Position numbers and translations under genes: made by a program. From an uncultured virus (IMG/VR IMGVR_UViG_3300047319_001747) (taxonomy: Duplodnaviria; Heunggongvirae; Uroviricota; Caudoviricetes), in IMG/VR virus record IMGVR_UViG_3300047319_001747: a stretch of DNA of 64,000 bases; one strand, written 5' to 3'. The notes under the pieces are model-generated. The model had not been told where the DNA came from, ran no database searches, and was given only the letters and a program-made list of their open reading frames with translations. Positions 33,962-42,197 of this stretch are shown here, one piece after another (position 1 is the first letter of the stretch; each line of letters begins with the position of its first letter).

Positions 33962-34764
33962 CGACGTTCCCGCTTGCCCCCGAGGCCGGTGCACACCTGC
34001 TGGCGCAGGTACTGCGGACGCGGCTCCGTGCGGCCAAGCAGTACCGTCCCGAGACGTTGGTCCACGCGGCGGCCGACAAGCACCTGAAGAAGATCAGCGT
34101 CGCCGTCCGTTACGCCTTCGCCGCCGGTCGTCGAGCCCTTGGGCACGCTGGGCACCCGAACGTGGACGCGGCGGCGAATACCGTGCGGCTCGAGCTGATG
34201 CACGTGCTGCGGCAGCCGCTGCTGGATACGCTGGCGGCGGGCGGGAACGCGGCGCTGAAGATGCTGCCGCAGGCGAGGGCGGCAGAAGAGCGAGCCCTCG
34301 CCGACGCCAAGTTCACGATGCGCTTCGACGTCTCTGATCCCGAAGCCATCGCCTGGGCCAACGAGCACGCGGCGGAGCTCGCCCACGGCATCAGCGACAC
34401 GACGCGGCAGCGCATCGCGAAGGCCGTCGCCGATGCGCTCGCGGGGGACGGCATCGAGGCGGCGTACAGCGAGATCGAGGACGCGGTCGGCGACGCGGAC
34501 CGCGCGGAGATGATCGCCCGCACCGAGACGATGACGGCCGCGAACGAGGGTCAGCGCCAGGGCTGGGACCAGGCGGTCGAAAGCGGCCTGTTGACGGGCG
34601 ACGAGAAGAAGGAATGGATCGCCACGGGCGACGCGAACGTGTGCCCGCAGTGCGACGAGCTCGACGGCACGGTGGTCGGGTTGGACGAAGAGTATCCGAA
34701 CGACGGCGGCGACGGGCCACCGGCGCATCCCGACTGCCGGTGCACGGAAGGGATTGTAGGGTGA
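33958..34764 (+). CDS. Head morphogenesis protein (MuF/SPP1 gp7-like)
   Basis: I..TTR..I, RA.MIARTE...A.N.G, K.W....D..VCP.C..LDG, PPAHP.CRC. Confidence 0.9.
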   Translation: MTTFPLAPEAGAHLLAQVLRTRLRAAKQYRPETLVHAAADKHLKKISVAVRYAFAAGRRALGHAGHPNVDAAANTVRLELMHVLRQPLLDTLAAGGNAALKMLPQARAAEERALADAKFTMRFDVSDPEAIAWANEHAAELAHGISDTTRQRIAKAVADALAGDGIEAAYSEIEDAVGDADRAEMIARTETMTAANEGQRQGWDQAVESGLLTGDEKKEWIATGDANVCPQCDELDGTVVGLDEEYPNDGGDGPPAHPDCRCTEGIVG

Positions 34765-35048
34765 CGACGATGCGAAGCAACGTGTTCGCGCTCTCGTTCG
34801 TTGCGACGGTGCCGTACCTCATCGACAACGCGTTTCCGATCCTCAACTTCATCGGGATCATCCTCGTCCTCATCCTGTTTCAGTACATGCGTGCGGCGTG
34901 GGATGACATGAAGGCGGCGACGCTGGAGATGAAGAAGGCGCTCGACCTGATGAAAGCGGAGATTGCTTCCCGTACGACGCTCGCGGCACGCCTAGAACAG
35001 TACCTCACCCAACAGGCGCATGCGAACGAGGACGATGGACAACCTTGA
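34761..35048 (+). CDS. Membrane protein (holin/lysis-accessory-like)
   Basis: Two hydrophobic segments followed by a helical tail. Confidence 0.55.
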   Translation: MTTMRSNVFALSFVATVPYLIDNAFPILNFIGIILVLILFQYMRAAWDDMKAATLEMKKALDLMKAEIASRTTLAARLEQYLTQQAHANEDDGQP

Positions 35049-35403
35049 GATTGCCAAGGCCGCCACGGCCATTCCGCTTACGGCGTTGCTCCTCCTCGTC
35101 CTCATCGGCGGGTACATGGGGTGGTGGATCTATGGGTCGCTGCACCGGGCGCAGATCCTGGAGAAGGACAAGCAGATCATCGACGAGACGGCCCGAGCCG
35201 ACAAGTGGGAAGGACGGTTTCTGGAGTTGAACGCGAAGTTGGACAGTCTCCGGCGGGTGACGAACGCCATCGGCAACGCCGTCGACGGTACGGCGACCGT
35301 CGCGGCCGACAAGCTGGCCAACGTCGAGCAGACGCTGGAAACGGTGCGCGCCGAGCTGACCGAGATCAAGTCGCGCGGCCAGCAGCGGCGGCAGGGAGAA
35401 TAA
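35035..35403 (+). CDS. Single-TM plus coiled-coil protein
   Basis: IPLTALLLLVLIGGYMGWWIYG followed by heptads; GAGG SD. Confidence 0.6.
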   Translation: MDNLEIAKAATAIPLTALLLLVLIGGYMGWWIYGSLHRAQILEKDKQIIDETARADKWEGRFLELNAKLDSLRRVTNAIGNAVDGTATVAADKLANVEQTLETVRAELTEIKSRGQQRRQGE

Positions 35404-35404
35404 C

Positions 35405-35602
35405 ATGACGTTCATCGTCAGCTTATTGATTTGGATCCTGTTCTTCGTCCTCGTCGTGGTGCTCGTCAAGTGGGTGCTCGGCGAGGTCGGCGCCCCGGCC
35501 AACGTGCAGAAGATCGTGCTGTTGATCCTGGCGCTGCTCTTTGTGCTGTGGCTGTTTCAGGGCGCGATGATCATGCTGCCGATGCCCGTGAGGAGATTCT
35601 AA
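35405..35602 (+). CDS. Small two-TM protein (holin-like)
   Basis: 65 aa, almost entirely hydrophobic; GGAG SD. Confidence 0.65.
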   Translation: MTFIVSLLIWILFFVLVVVLVKWVLGEVGAPANVQKIVLLILALLFVLWLFQGAMIMLPMPVRRF

Positions 35603-37206
35603 TGCTTGAACCGAGCGGTCGTCACCTCCACCTCCTTCGCGCCACCGGCCAGCCGCGCAACGACATCATCGACGGCCGGACGCACCTCATCGTCCCGTGC
35701 GTCGCCCTCATGGAGGCCGTCATCCACGCGGTGAACAGCGACATCCCCGAGATGGTGCCGCTCGACACGCTGAAGGCGGCGGCGAAGAGCTGGGACGGCA
35801 AGCCGGTCCTGCTGGGCCATCCCATCCAGGACGGCAGGCAGATCCCCGCGGCGACGGCGGGCGTCTTCGCCAAGCACGGCCTCGGGACGATCCGCAACCC
35901 GCGCGTCAGCGGGACGAAGCTGCTGATGGACGCGTGCCTGGACCCGAAGCTGGTGGAGAAGGTCGGCGGCTTGGCGTTCCTGAAGAGCATTCAGGACGGC
36001 ACCGACCACATCGAGGTCAGCGTCGGGGCGTACGTCCACGCGGAGGACGGCGAGGGCGAGTTCGGCGGCAAGCAGTACAAGGCTACGTGGCGCGGGACGA
36101 CCGGCGACCACCTGGCGCTGCTGCCGGGCAAGCGCGGCGCCTGCAGCGTCGAGGCCGGGTGCGGCACGCACCGCGCGGCGCAACGGTTTGTGGCGGCAGA
36201 GGAGTTTCGCATGGCGACAGATGAAGAAATGGCGACACTGGCCCAAGCTTCCGGCATGATGGAGTGCCCCACCTGCGATGGTGAAGGAACATTCAAGGGC
36301 AACCCGTGTCCCACCTGCGACGGCGAGGGCGAGATTCCGATGAGCGAGAATCCGCGCATGAACCGCGACATCAGCCAGAAGATGCGCGACGAGATGAGCG
36401 GCTCGGACTTCGCCGGCAAGGGCGACTCGTTCCCGATCAAGGTGCCTGGCGACGTGCAGGCTGCCGCGCGGTCCATCGGCAGGGCGGGCGCGGACAACTA
36501 CTCGACGGATCAGCTGAAGGCCAACATCATCAAGATCGCCCGTCGCAAGGGCCCGTCGTTCGTCGCGCAGCTGCCGGAGGCGTGGCAGAAGGACCTGAAG
36601 GCGGCCGAGGAGTTGGTCGGACTCCTCGGCAAGCGGAACTCCGCCAAGGACGTCGAGATCATCCAGAACGTGCACGACCACGCTGTCAGCCTCGGCGCTC
36701 GCTGCGACATGCAGAACATGAAGATGGCCGAGGCCAAGCCCGTCTACCTCTCGGCGAGCCTCATCGAGGACTCGCTCAACGAGCGGATGGACGACGTGCG
36801 TGAAGCCGTGCAGGCCGCGTATCCTGCGAACGTCGGGCAGATGGCCGCAAGCATGCCAGCGCCTTCCTATACCTACGTCGTGGCCGTCTACGACGACCAC
36901 GTGATCATCAACACGGACGGCACGCTGTACTCCGTCGATTATACAGTCGGCAAGGACGGCGAGGTCGTACTCAGCGACAAGCAGACGGAGGTCAAGCAAG
37001 CGTACGTGGCCGCGAGCGCCGTGGAAGACAAGCCGACGACCATCGTCCTCGAAGGCGGCAAGTGGACGATCAAGAGCAAGGACCAACTGCGGCGCCTCGG
37101 CAGCCACGACACGAAGCAAGAAGCGGAAGAACACGAGCAAGCCATCGCGCGAAGCCTCGCGCGACTACGGGCCGAGCCACCGACGTGCTCGTGCCAGAAA
37201 CACTAA
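35602..37206 (+). CDS. DUF2213-type capsid maturation protease with appended domains
   Basis: WDGKPV.LGHP, EVSVG, DHLALL...GACS...GCG; then two CPTCDGEG repeats and further domains. Confidence 0.82.
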   Translation: MLEPSGRHLHLLRATGQPRNDIIDGRTHLIVPCVALMEAVIHAVNSDIPEMVPLDTLKAAAKSWDGKPVLLGHPIQDGRQIPAATAGVFAKHGLGTIRNPRVSGTKLLMDACLDPKLVEKVGGLAFLKSIQDGTDHIEVSVGAYVHAEDGEGEFGGKQYKATWRGTTGDHLALLPGKRGACSVEAGCGTHRAAQRFVAAEEFRMATDEEMATLAQASGMMECPTCDGEGTFKGNPCPTCDGEGEIPMSENPRMNRDISQKMRDEMSGSDFAGKGDSFPIKVPGDVQAAARSIGRAGADNYSTDQLKANIIKIARRKGPSFVAQLPEAWQKDLKAAEELVGLLGKRNSAKDVEIIQNVHDHAVSLGARCDMQNMKMAEAKPVYLSASLIEDSLNERMDDVREAVQAAYPANVGQMAASMPAPSYTYVVAVYDDHVIINTDGTLYSVDYTVGKDGEVVLSDKQTEVKQAYVAASAVEDKPTTIVLEGGKWTIKSKDQLRRLGSHDTKQEAEEHEQAIARSLARLRAEPPTCSCQKH

Positions 37207-37230
37207 GTTCACAGTAAAGGAGACAGAGCT

Positions 37231-37809
37231 ATGGCCACCCCAGACAAGACGGCTCGTGCAGAACTCATCGCGGCGCTGGTGACGGATCGGTTCAGCGGCT
37301 TCAAGGACGGCGACGAGCCGTTGCTCGAGGCCTGCTCGGACTCGCGGCTCGAGGACTTCCGCACGGCGTCGGAAGCCCGCAAGGCGGAGGTCGGGTCGCA
37401 CGCGCGGCTCGAGACCGAGCACCGCAACGTGTCGGCGCGGCTGAAGGTCGCCGAGGACCGCATCAAGGCCGGCGAGCAGACGCTGAGCGAGGAAGAGTTC
37501 ATCGAGCGCGCGCCCGAGAACATCAAGCTCGTCCTTCAGGAGCACAAGGCGGCGGAAGACGCGTTCCGTGCGTCGATGATCTCGCAGCTGAAGGACTGCG
37601 GCGCGAACACCGAAGAAGAACTCAAGGCGAAGTCCACGGCGGACCTCAAGACGCTGTCGGCCTACGCGAGGATCGAGGTCCCGAACTTCAGCGGCAAAGG
37701 CGTCGCCGTCGAGCGCAGCGCCGAGGGCAAGACGAGCTACGCGCCGCCGAATTCGTACGCGGCGGGACTCAAGGCGTTGAAAGAGAAGAACCAGAAGGCG
37801 GCTCACTAA
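37231..37809 (+). CDS. Putative scaffolding protein
   Basis: Charged helical protein between the protease and capsid genes; AAGGAG SD. Confidence 0.65.
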   Translation: MATPDKTARAELIAALVTDRFSGFKDGDEPLLEACSDSRLEDFRTASEARKAEVGSHARLETEHRNVSARLKVAEDRIKAGEQTLSEEEFIERAPENIKLVLQEHKAAEDAFRASMISQLKDCGANTEEELKAKSTADLKTLSAYARIEVPNFSGKGVAVERSAEGKTSYAPPNSYAAGLKALKEKNQKAAH

Positions 37810-37839
37810 ACCGACGGGTGACCGTCAAGGAGTAGCAGC

Positions 37840-38289
37840 ATGTCAATCACGAGACTCGATCCAAACGTCATCTTTCTTGGAGGGGACCGCACGCAGATCA
37901 ACGACGTCGCGTGCTCCATCGCCATCACGCCTGGGATGCTCGTCGAGCGGTTCAACAACGCGGGCATCACGCGCTGGAGGCCCGCCACGACCAACGGGCT
38001 GGCCGGCCCGGCCGCCGTTGCAACGGATCACGCGATGGCCAACAAGGGCGTCAACGACGTCTACAACATCAACGACCTGGTGGAGGTCTCGATCCTCCAC
38101 AAGGGCGCGACGGCGTGGATGTTCCTGGCGTCCGGTTCCGGCAACGTCGTGTACGGGGACTTCCTCGGAGACAACGGCTCGTCCACGGCGGGGACGTTGA
38201 AGCTGTCGCCGACCGTGCCGCGGTTCGTCGCGCTCGAAGCGAAGAGCAACATCAATACGTTGACGAGAATCCGCGTCGAGGCCATCTAA
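37840..38289 (+). CDS. Capsid decoration/cement protein
   Basis: ITPGMLV...Y...D.V...GD.L...GTLK...ALEA...RI.VE pattern; immediately before the capsid gene. Confidence 0.7.
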   Translation: MSITRLDPNVIFLGGDRTQINDVACSIAITPGMLVERFNNAGITRWRPATTNGLAGPAAVATDHAMANKGVNDVYNINDLVEVSILHKGATAWMFLASGSGNVVYGDFLGDNGSSTAGTLKLSPTVPRFVALEAKSNINTLTRIRVEAI

Positions 38290-38318
38290 GAGGCGTGAGC
38301 CTCGATAAGGAGAATGCG

Positions 38319-39449
38319 ATGTCAAAGGAAATGAGATACCTGACGGAGCTTGACGCGAGCGGCAATTTCGGGAGGAAGAACAACCCGCTCGCTGGCGTCA
38401 TCATGAAGGCGCTGCAGGAGTCTGGCGGATGGGACATCGAAGCCATGCGCCGGCCAGGGTTTCGACTGATGGAACAGGCGGCGGGCGAGATGGGAGCATT
38501 CCGCACCCTGGCTCCGTTGCAGGACAAGGCGCAGGTCGCCATCGACAACGCGGTCGTAGAAGTCGGGCTGCAGCGCCTGACGTTCGCGGCCGACATCATG
38601 GCGGCGGGCCTGACCTACCCGTTGACGGACCCACTCAGCATCGCGCAGCTGGAGTGGAGCTCGATCAACAAGATCGGTGCAGCGCAGAGGACGATGTCGC
38701 CTTCGGCACGCGGTGAGAACAAGATGCCGAACGTCATCCCCAACCGCTTGCCGATCTACCTCACGACGGACCAGTTCGAGATCGACATCCGCACGCTGAA
38801 GACGTCTCAGCGCGTCGGCACGCCGCTCGATACCACCATCGTGAAGCAGTGCACGCGGGCCGTGAACGAAGCCATCGAGGACGCGGCCATCAACGGCGCG
38901 ACGACCCTGGACGGCCAGAACCTGGTCGACTCGGGGTACACGGCGCCGGGACTGCTCAACGCGCCGAACGCGGCCACGCAGACCCTGACGGCGGCGGCCT
39001 GGACGTCGGTCCCGGTCGGCTCGACGGTGTTCAGCGAGGTGATGTCGATGATCACCAAGCTGCAGGCGAACAAGAAGTTCGGACCGTACCGCCTCTACGT
39101 CGGCACGCAGATCGGCAACGCGATGGCCAACGACTACAACGCGACGAACAACGCGCAGGGCCTGACGATCGGTCAGCGCCTCCTGCAGATTGACTCGTTG
39201 GAGGCCATCCGGGTGGCGGACCTGATGCCAGCGGGCAACGGCGCGGTGCCGTCCATCGGCAACAAGGTTGCGCTCGTGCAGATGACGCACGACGTGATCG
39301 ACATGGTCGTCGGCCAGCCGCCGACGGTCATTCCGTGGACCTCGCTGGACGGCTTCACGATTCACAACCTCGTGATGGCCATCATGATCCCTCGGGTCCG
39401 TTCGGACCAGACGGGTCAGAGCGGGATCTGCATCGGGACGACGGCGTAA
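38319..39449 (+). CDS. Major capsid protein (HK97 fold, encapsulin/Linocin-like)
   Basis: 376 aa; ID.AV.EV...RL, F.I..R.L..S...G.PLD, GL.N.PN, GPY.LY, M.I..P.VRSD..G.SGI; AAGGAG SD. Confidence 0.85.
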   Translation: MSKEMRYLTELDASGNFGRKNNPLAGVIMKALQESGGWDIEAMRRPGFRLMEQAAGEMGAFRTLAPLQDKAQVAIDNAVVEVGLQRLTFAADIMAAGLTYPLTDPLSIAQLEWSSINKIGAAQRTMSPSARGENKMPNVIPNRLPIYLTTDQFEIDIRTLKTSQRVGTPLDTTIVKQCTRAVNEAIEDAAINGATTLDGQNLVDSGYTAPGLLNAPNAATQTLTAAAWTSVPVGSTVFSEVMSMITKLQANKKFGPYRLYVGTQIGNAMANDYNATNNAQGLTIGQRLLQIDSLEAIRVADLMPAGNGAVPSIGNKVALVQMTHDVIDMVVGQPPTVIPWTSLDGFTIHNLVMAIMIPRVRSDQTGQSGICIGTTA

Positions 39450-39505
39450 TTGTTGACCTGAGTCGCGCCATGTGACATCCCGTGGCGCGGCCTTCCAAAG
39501 GACGT

Positions 39506-40087
39506 ATGAACACAGTCGAGCGGCGCGAGCAGGAACTCTATGGGGCTGTCTGGGAGTCTATCGACGCATACGACAACAACTCGCCGGGCGTGGCCTACAA
39601 CAAGATATTTCGAGAGATCGTGCAGGGATCTGGTTCTGTACTGGACGCGGGCTGTGGCGCCGGGCGAGCCGGGCTGCTGTTGCAAGACTTTGGCTATCGC
39701 GTCCAGTGGTGCGACTTCGTGTCCGAAGGACTCAACGCGAGGGTGCCGCTGAAGTCATTCACGAAGGTCGCCCTGTGGAGCGACCTCCAGCGGCAGATTG
39801 GGTTCGTCGACTACGTCTACTGCTGCGACGTGCTGGAGCACATTCCCACCGAGCTGACGATGCTGGCCCTGTATCAGATGATGCGCATCGCGCGGCGCGG
39901 CCTGTTTCTGACCGTCTCGACGGTGCCGGACAACTTCGGGCAGTGGGTCGGCGAGCCACTGCACAAGACGGTGCAGCCGTTCACGTGGTGGCGAGACCGG
40001 CTGCGGATGCTGGGCACGACGGTCGAGGCGCGCGACATGCTCATTTCAGCCCTCTTCTACGTGGAGCCTTTGCATGCTGAACGCTAA
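39506..40087 (+). CDS. Class I SAM-dependent methyltransferase
   Basis: VLDAGCGAG, DY.YC.DVLEHIP, LH.TV....WW. Confidence 0.88.
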   Translation: MNTVERREQELYGAVWESIDAYDNNSPGVAYNKIFREIVQGSGSVLDAGCGAGRAGLLLQDFGYRVQWCDFVSEGLNARVPLKSFTKVALWSDLQRQIGFVDYVYCCDVLEHIPTELTMLALYQMMRIARRGLFLTVSTVPDNFGQWVGEPLHKTVQPFTWWRDRLRMLGTTVEARDMLISALFYVEPLHAER

Positions 40088-40970
40088 GGATACGGTCGAC
40101 GTCGAGGCGCTTCAGGTGCTAGACTACGCGAATCCCGTCGTCGAGCACGCGATGAAGCACGGCACGGTGAACGTGACGGACGAGGTCATCCTCGCGAACG
40201 TTCGGTCATCGATCCGGCGGGGCTATCCGCAGTTGCGGCCCTTTCCACCACAACCGGACGTCGTCTGTATCGTCGGCTCCGGGCCGTCGCTGAACGCGAC
40301 GCTTCCAGAGTTGACGGAACTCTATTTTCAGGGGGCGAAGATCGTCACGCTCAACGGGGCGTACCACTGGTGCATCGAGCACAACCTTCGGCCGTCGACG
40401 CAGATCGTGCTCGACGCGCGGGCGTCGAACGCGCGGTTCCTCAATCCGCCGATCCCGCGTTGCCGGTATGCGATCGCGTCGCAGTGCGCGCCCGAGGTAT
40501 GGGACGCCGTCGAGGGACGTGACGACGTATGGATCTTTCACGCGGCCAGCGCGGTCGAGAACCCAGCGACGTCGCTGCTGGACGAGTTCTACGCCGGACA
40601 GTGGTTTGGAGTTGGGGGAGGTGTGACCGTCGCGACGCGCGCACTCTACCTCTTGTCGATGTGCGGGTGGCGGCGGTTTCATCTGTTTGGCATCGACTCC
40701 TGTTGGACCGGCGGCGAGCACCACGCGTTCGCGCAGCCGGAAAACCAAAAGGACCAGCGGTTCACGATTGTCGTCGACGATCCCGCGGTGCCGGGGTCCG
40801 CGAAGAAGTTCACGCTGTCTCCGTGGCACCTCAAGCAGGTGGAGGACTTTCTCGCCATCATGCGCGTCAGCGGCGATCATTTTCTCTTGTCCATTCACGG
40901 GGAGGGCATCCTCGCATACCTGATGACGATTGGCGCAGGTGCCAATTTGACGATTACCGAGCAGGCGTAA
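40074..40970 (+). CDS. DUF115/Maf-like (nonulosonate transferase/MptE-like) protein
   Basis: IVGSGPSL, TLNGAY, P....LD, GG.TV..RA..L....G.R.FHLFG.DS. Confidence 0.75.
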   Translation: MLNAKDTVDVEALQVLDYANPVVEHAMKHGTVNVTDEVILANVRSSIRRGYPQLRPFPPQPDVVCIVGSGPSLNATLPELTELYFQGAKIVTLNGAYHWCIEHNLRPSTQIVLDARASNARFLNPPIPRCRYAIASQCAPEVWDAVEGRDDVWIFHAASAVENPATSLLDEFYAGQWFGVGGGVTVATRALYLLSMCGWRRFHLFGIDSCWTGGEHHAFAQPENQKDQRFTIVVDDPAVPGSAKKFTLSPWHLKQVEDFLAIMRVSGDHFLLSIHGEGILAYLMTIGAGANLTITEQA

Positions 40971-40982
40971 AGGAGATTCATT

Positions 40983-41432
40983 ATGGCAGCACAGGCATGG
41001 CACCTCTACAACCTCGCCAAGAAGAAAATTGGCAACGCGACGCTCAACCTCTCGCTCACGGTGTTCCGCATTACGTTGCACCAGAGCGCGAGCAACTTCG
41101 CGACGCTGACGCTGGGCACGTACGTGTCGCTGACGTCGGAAGTTGGCTCAGGCAACGGCTATAGCTCGTCGGGCAAGGCGCTGACGACCGAGGCCTGGAC
41201 GGTGGGCGCGAACGCCAGCGCGTACAAGTTCGACGCCGACGACCCGCTGTGGACGGCGACGGGCGGCACGATCCCGAACATCAAGGGCGCGGTCATCTGG
41301 TTGTCGGCCGCCGCGACGGCGAACCGCCACTTGGTCTGCCGCGCGTCGTTGACCTCCACGCAGTTCACGCTGGGCATCGGCAATACGCTGACGCTTCAGA
41401 TGAACTCGGGTGGCATCTTCACGATGTCGTAG
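40983..41432 (+). CDS. Small beta-rich virion/fibre-associated protein, paralogue 3 (divergent)
   Basis: F.I.LH...EV..GNGY...GKAL...FDADD..WT...I..AVI...G.TLTL....GIFT; AAGGAG SD. Confidence 0.7.
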   Translation: MAAQAWHLYNLAKKKIGNATLNLSLTVFRITLHQSASNFATLTLGTYVSLTSEVGSGNGYSSSGKALTTEAWTVGANASAYKFDADDPLWTATGGTIPNIKGAVIWLSAAATANRHLVCRASLTSTQFTLGIGNTLTLQMNSGGIFTMS

Positions 41433-41561
41433 GGCTATGACATACGCATGTCGCTATTGTTGGAGAGTATTCGGCGGCCCGAATACAAGGCGTGCATGCG
41501 AGATGGAGCATGATCGGTGGCGTCGGTTCATGCACATATGGTCCAAAGCCATCGGACGTTT

Positions 41562-41831
41562 ATGAGTAGCATCATCATTCCGGGACCCTCACTTCTGTAC
41601 GTGAAGTGGGGGTGCCGGCGCTGCGGACATCGGGACGGCATCGCGCGGACGACCGTGCCGCTCGTCGACGGGATGACGGAGCAGTCGGCCATCGTGCAGC
41701 AACTGCTCGTCGCGCTGCGCAAGAGGCTCGTGCGGAAGCACATGCGCGTCAGTGGGTGCATCGCGACGATGGACGACTTCATCCTCGAATCGACCGTGCC
41801 GAACGGCAAGCTGCTGGCGAAGAAGGTGTAG
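41562..41831 (+). CDS. Hypothetical Zn-binding protein
   Basis: CRRCGH...H...C; start uncertain (41517 possible). Confidence 0.5.
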   Translation: MSSIIIPGPSLLYVKWGCRRCGHRDGIARTTVPLVDGMTEQSAIVQQLLVALRKRLVRKHMRVSGCIATMDDFILESTVPNGKLLAKKV

Positions 41832-42197
41832 ATGTCCTATACGTTGCACGTCAGGCTCATCGACAAACAGAATCAGCTGCTCGGCTGGACGCAGGTGTCC
41901 GCGCGGGCGCGTGGCGACGGGCAGCTGTGGACAGACGAGCCTGTGCTGGCGGCCGTCGAGGTCGCTGGCATGCTTGATGTCATCTCGGTGCACTGGGTCG
42001 ACGTGAACGTCGAGATACGAGCGGGCGTGCCAGAACCGGTGCACTTGGCGCCGGGTAAGATTTTCCTCATCTTCGAAGCGGGGCCAATCTTTCGCGTCGG
42101 CCCACAGGCTGGCGGGCTGCCGCCGATCGTCTTGAATACACCGGTGCGCGTCTCGCTGCCGTTGGGCGGCGCGACGCTGAGCGGGGTGCCGCTATGA
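41832..42197 (+). CDS. Hypothetical beta-rich protein
   Basis: 121 aa, abuts both neighbours. Confidence 0.6.
   Translation: MSYTLHVRLIDKQNQLLGWTQVSARARGDGQLWTDEPVLAAVEVAGMLDVISVHWVDVNVEIRAGVPEPVHLAPGKIFLIFEAGPIFRVGPQAGGLPPIVLNTPVRVSLPLGGATLSGVPL

Noticed and set aside
38319..39449. Encapsulin nanocompartment
   Set aside because: Context (portal, protease, scaffold, decoration, neck and tail genes) identifies it as the phage capsid
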